This document shows positions 22,151 to 35,700 of a stretch of DNA of 64,000 nt, in pieces. Position 1 is the stretch's first letter. Every line of letters starts with the position of its first letter. The notes under the pieces were generated by a model, which did not search any database, was not told where the DNA came from, and saw only the letters and a program-made list of their open reading frames with translations. The stretch spans positions 10,039,458 to 10,103,457 of the forward strand of contig CM119267.1 in assembly GCA_051294375.1 (NCBI GenBank), in the 5' to 3' direction. The stretch is from Paraspadella gotoi. Taxonomy: Eukaryota > Animalia > Chaetognatha. A program made the translations under genes and the position numbers.

Positions 22151-24490
22151 TCTTGAGTTAGTTACCGGAGAATGTCGATTGTTGAATCGGGAATTAATTA
22201 GGAAAAAAATTATCGTCATCGACACCTTGTGAATGAACGAAGAAGATTCTCTCTCAACAGCGACGTCACTAATCATTATCTTCGGACCAGAGGACGAGAT
22301 TCGTTTACTCGATCCATTTATCTCGCGCCCGTTTTACGTTCGATCGAGTCGGTCTCTCCCCCCCCCTCCTTTTACCCCATTCAATATTCCTTTTGTGAGG
22401 ATGGGAACGAAAAAAAAAAAAAGTGCGAATTCGCCATTTTTCACCGTCGTCGTCATCGAACGCCTGGGCTCCGACCGGCGCTCGGGGCACTAAATTTAGA
22501 TAACGATCCATGAAGAAGAAACGAGCGATAAAATGGAAAAACAAGGGACGGAATTAGACTGGGAACGAGCGGGCGAGGAAATTGGGGTCCGCCCCGTCGT
22601 CGTCGTCGCCGCCGTTACCCGCGCGCTCCAAAAATGGAACTCCCCTTTTTTTTCCCGGGCGCCAGCGCGAAAATTGAAAAAAAATCTCCTGCTCCGCCCA
22701 GTTCCTCGAGACGACCGTGGCACGATCGAATAAAGAGAGAGACTGAGAGGCATGACTCTTCTTTTAAAGGGAAAGACAATGTTACTTATTAATAATTAAT
22801 AGAAGGTATATTCATATAATTTTAGTTTATATTTCATAAAAAATAATTTATATTGGTGGCCAGGCTTTTTTTACATACATATTATATGCTTTCAAATTCA
22901 GTTCATCATTCATGTCTGACCGATCAGCGTATCACTGAGCGAGGTAAAAAGAATTGATCATGACTTAATAATTAATTCCATGCTCACTTTATCAGCTTAG
23001 CGATAAAAACAAATACAAAAGTGACAATCATAAGTCATACAAGCTTATTTCTATTCAAGGTTTAGAGATAAATAATCGAAGTGGCCGGATATCCCGGACG
23101 CGCAGTGAGAGATAGGCAGAGAGAGAGAAAGAGAGAATGTGCATGAATTATTCAAAAACTGCCGCGTTTATATTCTCATTTTTTCACGGGAGAAAAAAGA
23201 GCGCGGGAACGAGAGATGGGGGAGGTGAGAGTGAGAGTGAAAATTGCGAATGAGAATAAACTCTATCTCTCGTCTCGGGCGGTTTGATACGGAGAAAGGA
23301 GGGATCTGAGCCGAAGAGAAATAAGGGCATCGACGAGAAAGAGAAAAAAAAACTGAGCGGAGGAAGCTGCATAATAAAAAAAATGAGGAAAACGAAATAC
23401 ATGAAAGACAGAGAGAGAGAGAGAGAAAAAAAGAAGAAAAAACTGATACATGGAAGAAAGACCTCGATATGTGTGCGGAAGGAAATCAAGAATTCCGCGA
23501 CAAAATTATAAACAGCGCAAAAATGGATTTTCATTTTGTTTTTTAAAAAAGGAAGCCACGAGGCAAAAATAGAAAACGGAAGCATGAAAAGATAATATAA
23601 TGGAGAAAAAACAGCTTGTGTAAGCTCGCCGCGATAAAAAAAAAAAGGTTTGCTTGTTTTTTTGTTTTTTAGGTTTTTTTTGTGCTGCTTGCGCCTAATT
23701 CAATTTACCTCGTAGAAAAACAAAGACCAAGTCCGGTTCAGGGTTTCCGCACACTTGCTTCGGTCACCTATTTTTATAATTCGAAAATGCCAAAATTAGA
23801 GTGGCAAACCAAGGCGATTAACTTACATGCTAAGTACTGAAGTCAACTGTCTTAACAAATCACGCCCAAGTTCGCCTAAATCATATTGTAAAAAGACGGG
23901 ATAAGCAACTCTAGCTGGTCACGACCCAAGTTAAAAAAAAAAAACCCTCCTAAAAAAAAACAAAAAAACCTGTCGTAGCCGCGCCGGAAGTCCTCCATGG
24001 GTCCCGCGGCGCGGAAAGCAACAAGGCGTGGCATACGAAACGAGTCTCCGAAAACATCTTGGCACCGCGACCCCCTTATCCTTTCCCGCCCGTCCTCCCC
24101 CCATCTCCGAATTCGGAAGAGTCGGTGTTCGTAGTAAGAAACCGCTCGTGGTGCCCGGGAAAAAGAAAGTCTTTCTCGTTTTTTTTGGTCGAGATTTTTC
24201 GCTTCCCCGACGAAAAACAAAAAAAAAAAAATCTTGGGAAAGGGGAGGGGTTTGCCCGGGGGACGGGGGGGAGAGTGGGGAAGAGTTAAAATTGGGGTGA
24301 ATGTAAAACTAGTAGTCTGAACTGACTGACTGAAGTGGAAAGAAGGGAACGTCGGAGATCAAGGAGCAAAGAAAACATCTCGGAGAGAAGATGTAACTGA
24401 TAAACGAATGAAAATCGTTAAAAATGTGAAGTGAAAAAAAATTGAAAGATGGAAAAATAAGCATTTTGACTTCAGCAATGAGCAGGATTT

Positions 24491-24660
24491 GCAATTTTGC
24501 TAATAGATTTGTCTCCATAAAATATCTTAATGTATGAACCTAATTGTAGTTATTTGTCACTGTCACTGTCACTGTCATATAGCAATTTTGCTAATAGATT
24601 TGTCTCCATAAAATATCTTAATGTATGAACCTAATTGTAGTTATTTGTCGCTGTCATATA
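24491..24660. repeat. Two-copy tandem duplication (~80-90 bp) with (ctgtca)n expansion in the first copy
   Basis: gcaattttgctaatagatttgtctccataaaatatcttaatgtatgaacctaattgtagttatttgtc starts at both 24491 and 24582. Confidence 0.9.
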
Positions 24661-25717
24661 TTCTCCGCCCCCGAAATTTAGACAAGGCCTGGAACAATAA
24701 ACTATCCCCCCTACTCAAATAAAAAGGAACTGGGCAAGTAGAGGGAGAGGGGGGGGAGAAAGAAAAACCCATTGATGCGTGAAGCGAATTCAAGGACGAG
24801 GCCACCAAACGCCCGCAGCGTCTAGTAACTCCTCGGTTTTTTTTTACGCCCTGGATATTTTCCTTCCTCGAACGCCCTCTCGTTTTCTCCCTCTCCACCT
24901 CGCCGGGTGCCCTGGAGGCGTGGCACGGTGCGACTTCCCTCTGGCGTCGTGGAGAGATGTAAGTCGGATCTCGTGTTCTGGGATTGTTCTTGTCGTGGAG
25001 AGATTATCCCCGATTAAAACATATGGTTTCTTGAATTATAATAAAAGCTTTTAATATAAATATACTTAAAAAAGAAGTAAAAAGAGTGTGAGTTGGATTC
25101 CATTGGATGACGTCAATGGCGGCGTCTTCGCTAGCCGTTCAAGGACCGACCGATGGCGCCAAGCCTCACCGGAAGTGTAAACACTACGCGGTAACGACAT
25201 TCAGGGACGCAGGAAAGGAAGACCATATAGTATATACAGTGGAGGAAGAGAGAGAGGAAGAGAGAGAGAGGCGGCCATTCCTACAACGCTCGCTTCCTTC
25301 CCCTTTTCTAGGCTTTTTCACGTTCCAACGCGCTTGGCAATTAAAACCCATGTTGGAAAATATAATCAAATTCAAATGGAGGGAGGGATTTTTCTTCTTT
25401 TTTATTTATTTTTTCATTAATTTTTTTTTTTTTAAAAATAAGCTCCTTCGCATAACCAATTCCCCATTGGCTTTTTTTTTTTCTACCCCCTTCACCAACT
25501 GTTTATGTCTCCTCGTTGGGAAATAACTCGACAAAGAGGATGACGACTATGGCCGATATAAGGAGGACGTCGAGGAGAACGAGAGGACTGACGACGACGA
25601 CGCCGATAAAGACGACGAAGAAGGAGACGATAAATAGAGGACCTTTCTTCATAACCTGCAAAACGAGTCTTCGCGAATCCGTTCGATTTAGGTCAATTCT
25701 CGGGAGAACGGATGAAG

Positions 25718-25720
<3 letters not shown>

Positions 25721-25802
<82 letters not shown>
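25721..25802. repeat. (GA)n microsatellite, representative of dozens of (GA)n/(TC)n tracts from ~19.8 kb to 64 kb
   Basis: About 40 uninterrupted GA units. Other long tracts at ~26035, 28360, 28511, 30318, 30497, 31047, 31962, 33596, 37492, 38397, 39894, 40950 and onward. Confidence 0.98.
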
Positions 25803-25807
<5 letters not shown>

Positions 25808-26031
25808 AAATAAATGAAAGGAGAACAAGATAATAGCGTCTACATTTTCTTCGCCCACACGGACCCGACTTTATTTTTTCCTTCTCTCTCCCTTCGTTTG
25901 GCGGAAATTATGAGCGGAAAGAATGATGATGTTCCAACGACGACGACGACGACGACGACAATGATGTCGACGAGCCGAACGTTAAAAAAAATTGAATTGT
26001 CAGTTTCAGCTCCCGGGAGACGTTGGAACCA

Positions 26032-26101
<70 letters not shown>

Positions 26102-27216
26102 TTCTCTTGCTCTCGCTCGCTCGCCCGGTCGACACAATGGCGTGGCGTGAGGAAATTTCGCAATCGATTAAAAAATACTGGAATTAAAAAAAGAGAAAAC
26201 AAGAGAGAAAAAGAGACAGAAAGCGAAAACTTAAACTCGAACGACTAAGAACGAATTTGCGGTGAGACAGTGACGAATAGTTGAAAGAACTCATGTTTTA
26301 ATAATTTAACACTCTAATACGTAAATAAGTTGTCCAGTTTCCGCCTTAGCTTAAAAGTGGAATCAGACTCATGACTTCGTTAAGTTATCCATGTCGTTCT
26401 AGATTTCTCGGTTTTGTCAGATTTTATCTTCGCACGCGATTTTTTTCCCTTTATTTTCTTTTATTTGAGAAAAAAAAATTTCGTCGGCCATCTTTTTTTA
26501 TTTCGCGCCAAATTAATCGAATCTCGCGTCTGAAAACGAGAAAAAAAAAAAGGGAATCGAGTTTATGACGGCCTTAAATCAACGAGCGACGCAGAATATT
26601 TTTTTTTCTCTCGCTTTTTTATGAATTCGATGGGGGAAAAACGAAATTAGTCGCGCGCATGTCACGTGATTATCCAGACGATGACACGTGATGATTGACA
26701 AGCGTCGGTCACGCGAGAAAGAAGAGAGACAACGTGAAAGAGAAGGAAAGAGGAGAAGAAAATGAGAAAAAAAGAGAGGAATTAAGAATAATAAAAAAAA
26801 AATAGAATTTTTAATTTAATCGTCTCGATGTACATAACATGCAACGTAGTTGACTTCGTTGGTCGCACGTGGCGGTTTATTGACAGGAGCTCCCGTCATC
26901 CTTCGGTTCCGTCGGCCGTTGTTCTCTGCTTTTCGACGTCGACGGTTATGACCGAGAAAAAAAGACCGAGAGACCGAATCCGGCCACCGGACCGATTCGT
27001 TCCATTTCCGTCCATCGCCGGGTAAGTGGCTTTTGGCTCGAAAAAAGGGAATTGCGTCGCCTTAATTGTCAGCGACGCGTCGAAAATCGACCGAGTGGAC
27101 GAGTTTCCGAGTTCGACCGATTTTTTTTTTTTCTTATCTCGCTCTTCGAGGACGCGACCGCCGGCGCCACGTCGACGTCATCGGTCGTCGTCGTCGCGAC
27201 GAAGTCGACCGCAAGT

Positions 27217-27352
27217 ATGTTTCTGTGCCAAATTGCCGTCCTTCTTTTCCCCAATGTCGCTGTCAAAGTGACAATCGTCCTTCTTTCGGTTTCCGCTGGA
27301 ATAATTCTGTTGTTGTCGGTGTTGTTGTTGCCCGGGATTCAGCATTTTTCAG
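27217..27352 (+). CDS. Candidate first coding exon (signal peptide/signal anchor) of a large-intron gene whose remaining exons are not identified in this window
   Basis: ATG at 27217, 45 mostly hydrophobic non-repetitive codons MFLCQIAVLLFPNVAVKVTIVLLSVSAGIILLLSVLLLPGIQHFS, then a strong phase-1 donor CAG|GTGAGA at 27353. A plausible upstream intron 27022-27150 (GG|GTAAGT ... polypyrimidine GAG). Sits in a CpG-rich block. Confidence 0.5.
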
Positions 27353-28356
27353 GTGAGAAATGAGCGAACGGAGGTAAAAGAAATAACTGCTAAAAAAAAC
27401 ACTCAAAGAGGATTGACAAGGGTCTCCAACTGCTCTAACGGAAAGGGCGGCGGCGGGGCGGCGGGGCGGCGGGGCGATGATGGCCACTGCGTCTCCTCGA
27501 TTGACGTCACGGTCGATCAGTCAGCCAATCGGATTCGGTCGCGATCATCCGAGTCGCGCGATCGATTTACTTTCTACGATTTAAGGTCGGAGAAATCGAA
27601 AACAAAAAAAAAAATTGGCGGGAAAATTGCTCGACCTTTTTAGCCTTCGGGTTACCGGCGGAGAAAAAAGAGAGGAAAGAACAAAAATAGAACAAAAGCG
27701 ATGAAGAAGAGGAAGAGGAAAGTAAGAACAAAAGAACGATGTGGAGGAAAAAAAAGGAGAGGTTCCGAATCGTTGTCCATCCCTGAATGGGCGACGCCCC
27801 CTTTCAATGGCCTCCCGTTTCCAGAAGGGGCGCGCCATTCTGGAGAGAGCGTATTTTCAATCAGCCAGGACCATCAATCGTTTTCTAGGCGACGAACGGG
27901 CTCTTTTTTTTTATGTCGGTGTCTGTCTTTCTCTGTCTCTCTGCTTCTTTCTCTCTGTCTCTGCCTCTCACTCGGCCATTTTTTTCTCCTCGCTTCTTCA
28001 CTTCGTCGACCTTGACCCCGGATACCGTGCCTACTGGGCTGACAAGTCGGGGGCTTTGTTTGACCATCCACCATTCCCGAAGCGCAAGCACCTCCGCCAT
28101 TTTGAACTTCCGTTGCTCGCCATCAATTTCTCTCTCTCTTTCTTCGCCTCGCCGATACTAAACAATATGGTTCCCGTCAAATTCTTTCTTTTGGCGCAGC
28201 CAAGGAAAAAATGGAGAGAAATAATGAAAAAAAAGAGAAAAACTGGGGATCCTTGACAGTTTCTTCAGTTGGGGTTTTTGAAATATATATCCGTGAGAGA
28301 GACGGAGACAGAGTCAGACAAAAGAAGAGAAAAAAAAGAAAAACGTGGAACAAAGG

Positions 28357-28399
<43 letters not shown>

Positions 28400-28509
28400 A
28401 AAAGGATTATCACAAAAGTATGATTAACGAGAATTGGACGGGAGGAGGAGATAATGGCTCACAAAACGAAGAAACATATAAATTGTTACGCTGCACCAAA
28501 AGTGCGTTG

Positions 28510-28561
<52 letters not shown>

Positions 28562-28661
28562 AGAGAAGAATGAGAGGGAGAAAGAAAGAAGAATAGAACG
28601 ACAACGAAAGATAGAAGGAGTTAAGAAATGAAAGAGAGCGGAAAAAGATAAAAACGAGAGT

Positions 28662-28692
<31 letters not shown>

Positions 28693-29918
28693 AGCGAGAA
28701 CAAGCCGGTGGGACCTCTCACGGAAACGATTTAACGGCTGGAGCCTCTGAGGCGAGACGCTGTAGTATGTAACCGGGAAGATCCTTCAGAAGTAAGACTT
28801 TTTTTCCTTTTATTTTTCCTTAAAATAAAAAAAAAGAAACAAAAGAAAACCAAAGACCGACAGAGAACAGCCACATTTTTCTTCTCTTCTCTCATGGAAA
28901 TCGCAAAGCGAAGTTAATTCAGAGTTTGTCCTAGATTATTACGCTGTTCAATGTCAATTTACTAGGGATAGGGTAGCCGGAGGAATTTTATAGATCCCGA
29001 CTTTAGAATAAAGAGAAAAATAAAATTACGATAATATTGGAAATGACTCATTTGTCGGTGTCAACGTATTCCATTGCATTAAGTCAAAAGTTAACGCCGT
29101 AGGCGTAGCGTGAAAAATACTTAACCGACTTTTAAAATTCTTGTATAACATCCAACGCCGGAATTCGATTGATCGGAATTTTATTTTTAGGAACTCGAGT
29201 TGGAAACTTGATTAAAGGGGAAAAGGTCTCTACTACGGGAGAGAGAAGAACGAAGGAAGAAAGAAGAGGATATTTTGATTCCAAAAAGACGGTTGGAGTT
29301 AGTGCCAAGAGAGTAGAAAGGCTTCCTGTGCGTCTAAGTTATGTAGTTGAATAAAATACTCGAAGAAAATTAAGGGAATCAATTTAAAAATTCACTTTCT
29401 TTCTCTCTCTCGCTCCCCTGCCCTCTCTTCTCTTTTTTTTCACTTAACCGCCCATTGCTGACAAATTTTCTTTCTCTCTCCCCCTCCAGAAAAAAAACCA
29501 AAAAAAAAAACCCAGGCCTATTTTCTCGCGTCAATGTTCCTTCACAAGAAAAGAAAAAGTCTTGGTCACGTGACTTCGTCCGAACAATTCGCGTCGAAAA
29601 TGACGTGAAAGGATTCGAAGGGGAAAACGGCGTCATTTTCGCGTCCGCGGCGCCGACGGCGTCAAAAAAGAAGGCGCTTAGCGTTGGCGCCCGGAACACG
29701 GCGCGGCGCCGCGCAGCCGCCGTCTGGAAAAGGTCAGGTTCGAAAAGAAATTAAGTTGGTGGGGAAAGTTCTGTGGTGGCGGTGAGGAAAAATGAGGCCT
29801 CAACGACGAGAATCCAAATCCTTTTGAGAATGAGAACGCTCAATGCTGTTGCCGCGACAAAGTTGAGGCATTAGTTGGTTGGACCAAGTCTAAAAAAATA
29901 CATAAGTCCAAATTCTGA

Positions 29919-29981
29919 GGGCAAGATCGCTTATTTATTATATGAATGGATAATTTCAATATTGGTTGTACCAATTTCATA
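29919..29981 (+). repeat. Dispersed repeat family A (gggcaagatagcttatttattaaatgaatggataa...attggttgtaccaatttcat)
   Basis: Same ~60-bp core at ~31738-31790 (-), ~43192-43255 (-), ~48530-48605 (+), ~56635-56698 (+), ~57189-57255 (-). Confidence 0.8.
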
Positions 29982-30313
29982 AAAAAAAATAACGTTGAAG
30001 AAAAGAAAATCGGAAAAAAAAAACGAGGATGAGAAAAAAGGATGAAAAAAAAGAAGAAAAGAAAAAGAAAAGATTAAGACGACGCCATTGGAGGAAGTTT
30101 GATAAAAAGTGAGATTCCCGGAAAAGAAAAGGAGGAAGGGGAAAGGAAAGAAGATTTGAAATAAGGGAAAGAAAAAAATAGAGGAAAGATAAAAACAAAA
30201 GGAGACATAGGAGTGAAAAACTGTAAAAAAAAAGAAGAAAAGAGTTTTAGCCACAAAAATTGTTTTCTTTCCTTCCGACGCTTTTCTTGCCCACGGACGA
30301 AGTGAATTGGTCT

Positions 30314-30382
<69 letters not shown>

Positions 30383-30491
30383 CTTTCTCTCTCTCTCTCT
30401 CTCTGTCTAGTAACACCCGCGCCTTGGTTTTCCCGAACAAAAAAAAGTAACTTAATTTCCCCGAAACCGCGTGAGTAAAAGAAAGAAATAT

Positions 30492-30559
<68 letters not shown>

Positions 30560-31044
30560 CTCACGAATAGAAAATGAGCTCGTTCTACGGAAAAAAAGAG
30601 AGAGAGAGAGCCTCTTAGAAGAATTGCTGGAGTAGAATTTTTTTTTTTCGGAGGAGTCGTTGCGAAGAATCAATTAAGTGAGAAATTATGTGATCCTTAA
30701 ACTCGTTTATCAGAATAACTGAGGCAGTTAAGGGGTTGGCTGATTTAGCGCCTGGTTTACGGAATCCCGGGTTTTTTTCAAAAATTTTTTTTAAAGGTTA
30801 GCGGGAGAAGGGAAAGAGGATGAGGAAAAAACGGAAGTAAGAAATGATGTGTTTTTTTTTATCGGTCTTCCTTCTCCGTGATAACTGATTATCTCCTTTG
30901 ATGAAAATCCATCGTAATAAATGGATTCGCCAAATAATGTGTTCAAGGAGATAAACGGAAAAGTTCCTTATTCGTAATCCGGATCCGAGAAGCCGTTCCC
31001 GGATGTAACTCGACCAATAAAAAGGTAAATAGCAGCCTTAACAC

Positions 31045-31138
<94 letters not shown>

Positions 31139-31400
31139 CCTCCCCGCCCAACTCCCTTTCTCAATCTCCTACGCGATATCCTTTCGATTGACGAGAAATC
31201 GGGAAATTTCTCAAGATTGCGGCCGGCGATTCGAGGAAACGGCAATGGCGCTCCTTAATCCGCCATCTTGGAAATTCGCCTTACTTTTCCTCTCCTCTCT
31301 CCTTACCCTCCGACGTCCTCACCGGCTCTCCCTCCCGGCGAAGCGTCTAACGACTGTGCCCATTGCGTCGCGTTTCATCGAAATCCTCGAAGGATATAAA

Positions 31401-31434
<34 letters not shown>

Positions 31435-31737
31435 AGACGAAGACGCGGACAATAAAAAGGATTCCGAAGACGACGACAAAGAGATAAACAACAACGACGA
31501 CCAACACGTTAAAAACAACTACGACAAAATCGAGGTCGAAGACCTGAAGAACAACCAAACGAAGACAAAAGAAGACGACCAAAAAAAAGGAAGACAATGA
31601 CGAGGAAAAAATTCCTCGGTCAATGAACGAACGAAACTTCCTCATGTTTTTCCCATTTATTCCAACGAGAAATCCAGAAATATCAGAATGTACTAAAATA
31701 CTACCTTTCGATTGTAAGGATTTGATAAAAAAAATGG

Positions 31738-31812
31738 GTTTAACCAATATCATGATTATCCATTCATTTAATAAATTAGCTATCTTGCCCATAACTTTGA
31801 CCTGGCTTTAAA
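31738..31812 (-). repeat. Dispersed repeat family A copy
   Basis: aaccaatatcatgattatccattcatttaataaattagctatcttgccc. Confidence 0.75.
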
Positions 31813-31956
31813 TCAAGACTCTCACACAATCTAGTTTATTCACTCCCAGATAACAGTAATGATAATGATTTTTATAGAAAAATTGAGCAAGATACGACAA
31901 TGTCCTTGCATTCACTCCTTGGCTACGACGTGATAAGGTATCGAATCGAAATGGAG

Positions 31957-32017
<61 letters not shown>

Positions 32018-33591
32018 CCCTATCCGAGTGAAAAACGGCCTCTTTTCCCCCTTAATCTCCCCGCCCGAACCCGCAACCGCGTCCTTTTTTTTGCTTTTCT
32101 TTCCTCCCTTTTCTTTTACTTTCTTTTCCTCAATTTTCTTTTCTTTTCCTCCTTCAAACTCGAAACGAACCCTACGAGTGAAGAGAAGAAGTTAAAAAAA
32201 AAACCTAAGAGGAAAAGAACCTTTCGAACCTCGAGACGAGAGATAAAGAAGTGGAAAGAGTGACGCTTTATTGGCGCGAGAAAGTCGCCTTCCTTTCCTT
32301 TCTGCGTTTCTAGCGTTTTTTTTTTTTTTTTTTGGCTCAGTTTCCGATCTTCTTTCATGTCAAATCTCGCAATTTCAGCGCAAAAATTCAATTGATAAAT
32401 ATACTGTTTATTGCGTTATAGAGCAGAATGATTTATTTCATATTTTTTTGAATTTTAAAATTATCTCATCGTTGTTTGAAAAATTTTTTCATATTTAAAA
32501 ATATTTTTCAAAATATTTCACGAAATAAAATCCACCCACAAAAAATTTACTTTCTTTAGCTCGTCTTCCTGGAACTAAAAATGTTTTTTTCGGGGAAAAA
32601 AAATATGATATTCATAAGAAACCGAAATAACCAAAATAAGCCCCCCCCCCTCTTAGCTACAAGAAAAAAAAAGTGTAAAAAACCACGCGGTGAATATATT
32701 TCATTTTATTTTTTCGCGGGAAAGATTCTCCACGCGCCCGTAATATCGCATAATGTTGGCAAAATATTTTCTCCGTTCCGAGTCGGTGGCGGAATTTTGA
32801 ATTTTAGCTCTCGCCGTAATTTCGTGTACGTTGTTTCGCGAATTTTGATTTGCACGCGTCTCGGCGGTACAAACTTATTTTAAGTGTAGTATCAAATTGT
32901 TCTATTATTCTGTTCTCCCTTGTCAGCGTGAGACATCGAAATCTCGAAAGAAAAAAAAATGGTTTGAAGGACGAGCGGTTTTCTTGTAACCTTCAGAAGA
33001 GCTAGTAGGGCGAGGATGCTTCCAAAAAAAAACCAACCAAAAAAAAAAAAAAAAATACATATGCATTTTTGAAAAGAAAGTAATTTATTTTGAAAAAGGA
33101 GAAAAAAATGGAGGAAAAAAAGGGAGGCGTGTCCGTTGTTCGTTTATGCGTTACGAAAACTCGGATCTCTGCGGAGTGTGGACCGGCGACTGTGGAGGAG
33201 AGTAAAAAAGAGAAGTGTGCAATAGTGTGGAATGTGTGAAGTTTTAGTTGGGGTGGTGACTGGTGAGTATGTCGCGGCGACGGATTAGTTCGCGTTTTGC
33301 GGTCGAATCGATTTCTCGCATCGCGTCGTTGCAATCATCTTTCTTGCGTCTCGATGGTGGAGCCTCCAAGTGGAGACGACGTTGACGAGGTCAACGAACG
33401 AAAAGGCCACGAGTGATTGCAGAAAAGGAGACGACATGACACGCGGCACATGAAAGACTGTGACATCTGTGATGATGGGGAGAGAAAGACCCGACTCACC
33501 GTGACTGGAAGTCGAAAGGTTTTGTCAGACTGGGATATCGGAGCTTCGGTCTGCCTACTCTCTCTCTTGTGATTGTCAGAAAAAGACATGC

Positions 33592-33628
<37 letters not shown>

Positions 33629-33879
33629 CTCTCTTCTCCACTCTCCTCTCTCTCCCTCAGTCCCATTTCATCTCCTCATCCTTTTCTCTGAACGGTCGAC
33701 AAATTCGTAATCCAAATGTTAAAGTTCAGCTTTTTACGAAGAATTTGTGGCGACATAATGTTGTTTAATCAGTTTCGAGCAACTTCTCTCTCTGTTGCGT
33801 CTCGGCTTGTCGTCATCCGCGATATTCTCTCATCACTTCTCTCTCATCTTCTCGTCTTCTCCCCGGGTTCACTCGACTC

Positions 33880-34950
33880 TCTTCCTCTCTCTCTCTCTCT
33901 CTCGTCTCTTCTCTCTCTCTCTCTCTCTCTGCTCGTCACTCTGCTTCTCTCTCTCGCTCCGCTCAGCCTCTCGCGTCTCGCTCTCTATTTTATTCTAATT
34001 ACGTCGCTCTTCACCCTCTCTCTTCATTCTTCGTTGCTAAAAATGATGGCGTTTTTGAAAAGGGAGGAACGCAGGGACGGAGACGTCGACCGTACGACGC
34101 TCGACCTAGTCCGTCTACTCTCAGCGCCCTCACCCCTCAATTTTTTGACGCTTCTTCTTATTTTTAGAAATAGAGAAGGGATAGTAATTCCATTAGCGGA
34201 AATTGCGGTCGGCAGTTTGAGTCTTGTTTCTATTCTCCGATTGGTCCAGCCATTGTGCGTTCGTTTGGCTAGTCTCTCTTTTTCAAAGTCTCTCTCTTTC
34301 AGTTAGTCTCGCGAGAGAGAGACGGGTGTTGCAGGACTGCTGAATCGGGCTACTATCATCGATACAATCTTACTATCTGGTAGGTCAGATGACACGGAGC
34401 ATATCTACTCTGTGGTCCCTCTTCAGTCTCTCCTGATCGTCTCTCCTTCTCCTCTATTCCGCCTCTCTGCCTCTCCTCCTCATCCTCTCCTCGCTCTCAT
34501 CTCCTCTCATCTCTCTCTCCTCTCTCTCTCCTCGTCATTCTACTAGGCAACAAATGAGAGTCATTAACTGTTGGAAGAAAGGAATGGGTGAGACGAATGG
34601 GTCATCTTTAAAACCGTAAATCCCGTTTTAAACACCGGACGCGTTAGGAAAAAAAAAAAGAAACGCGCGGGCTTGCTGACTGCAACTGCGGAAAGCGTCG
34701 CAAGTCGGCAATGTGCAACGGCGATAGAAACTCGCGCAGATGGACGAGAATGAAAAAGAAAAAAAGTAAAAGCCAATCGGTTTCCATCCAGCGTTCCTCG
34801 TTCCCCAGGGAATCTCTCTCTTTCGCTTTCGCACAGAATCGTTTTCGCAAACAGAGGGAGTGTTTCTCTTTTTTAAATTATATATCGGAGACATTTCAGC
34901 CAATCAAGCGACGTTGACGNNNNNNNNNNNNNNNNNNNNNNNNNCCTTTC

Positions 34951-34987
<37 letters not shown>

Positions 34988-35273
34988 TCTCTCTTTCTCT
35001 CCTCTGCGCTCGCTCACGCTCTCCTTCTCTGGCTCTCTATTTTTCTATTTCTGTTCGCTCTCCCTCTCTCTCTTTCTTCTGTTGCTAAAGAAACTAGACT
35101 CTACGACGCGCGCGCCTCTATCTTCACCCCTCAATTTTTGACGCTTTCTATTTTTAGAGAAAAGAAGGGATAATTCTTAGCGAATGGCGTCGCAGTTGAG
35201 TCTTTCTTTCTATTCTCTTGGTCCAGCCATGTGCGTCCTTTGATCTAGTCTCTTCTTTCTTTCAGACTCTCTC

Positions 35274-35319
<46 letters not shown>

Positions 35320-35700
35320 ATCTATTCGATAGGCAACAAATGAGAGTCATTAACTGTTGGAAGAAAGGAATGGGTGAGACGAATGGGTTCATCTTTAAAA
35401 CCGTAAATCCCGTTTTAAACACCGGACGCGTTAGGAAAAAAAAAAAGAAACGGCGGGCTTGCTGACTGCAACTGCGGAAAGCGTCGCAAGTCGGCAATTG
35501 CAACGGCGATAGGAAACTCGCGGACCGGATGGACAGAGAATGAAAAAGAAAAAAAGTAAAAGCCACGGTTTCCATCCAGCGTTCCTCGTGTCCCAGGAAT
35601 CTCTCTCTTTCGCTTTCGCACAGAATCGTTTTCGCAAACAGAGGGATGTTTCCTCTTTTTTAAATTATATATCGGAGACATTTCAGCCAATCAAGCGACT
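33880..35700. other. Duplicated block on either side of a 25-N gap (probable assembly artefact)
   Basis: ~34540-34919 matches ~35330-35705 and ~34000-34300 matches ~35070-35270, differing mainly by 1-nt indels. Gap 34920-34944 is exactly 25 N. Confidence 0.8.

Noticed and set aside
32683-33250. Partial matches to miR-124 (cacgcggtgaat, ~32685) and the miR-1 seed (tggaatgt, ~33228)
   Set aside because: The first lacks the seed, and for the second I found no complementary arm to form a precursor hairpin.
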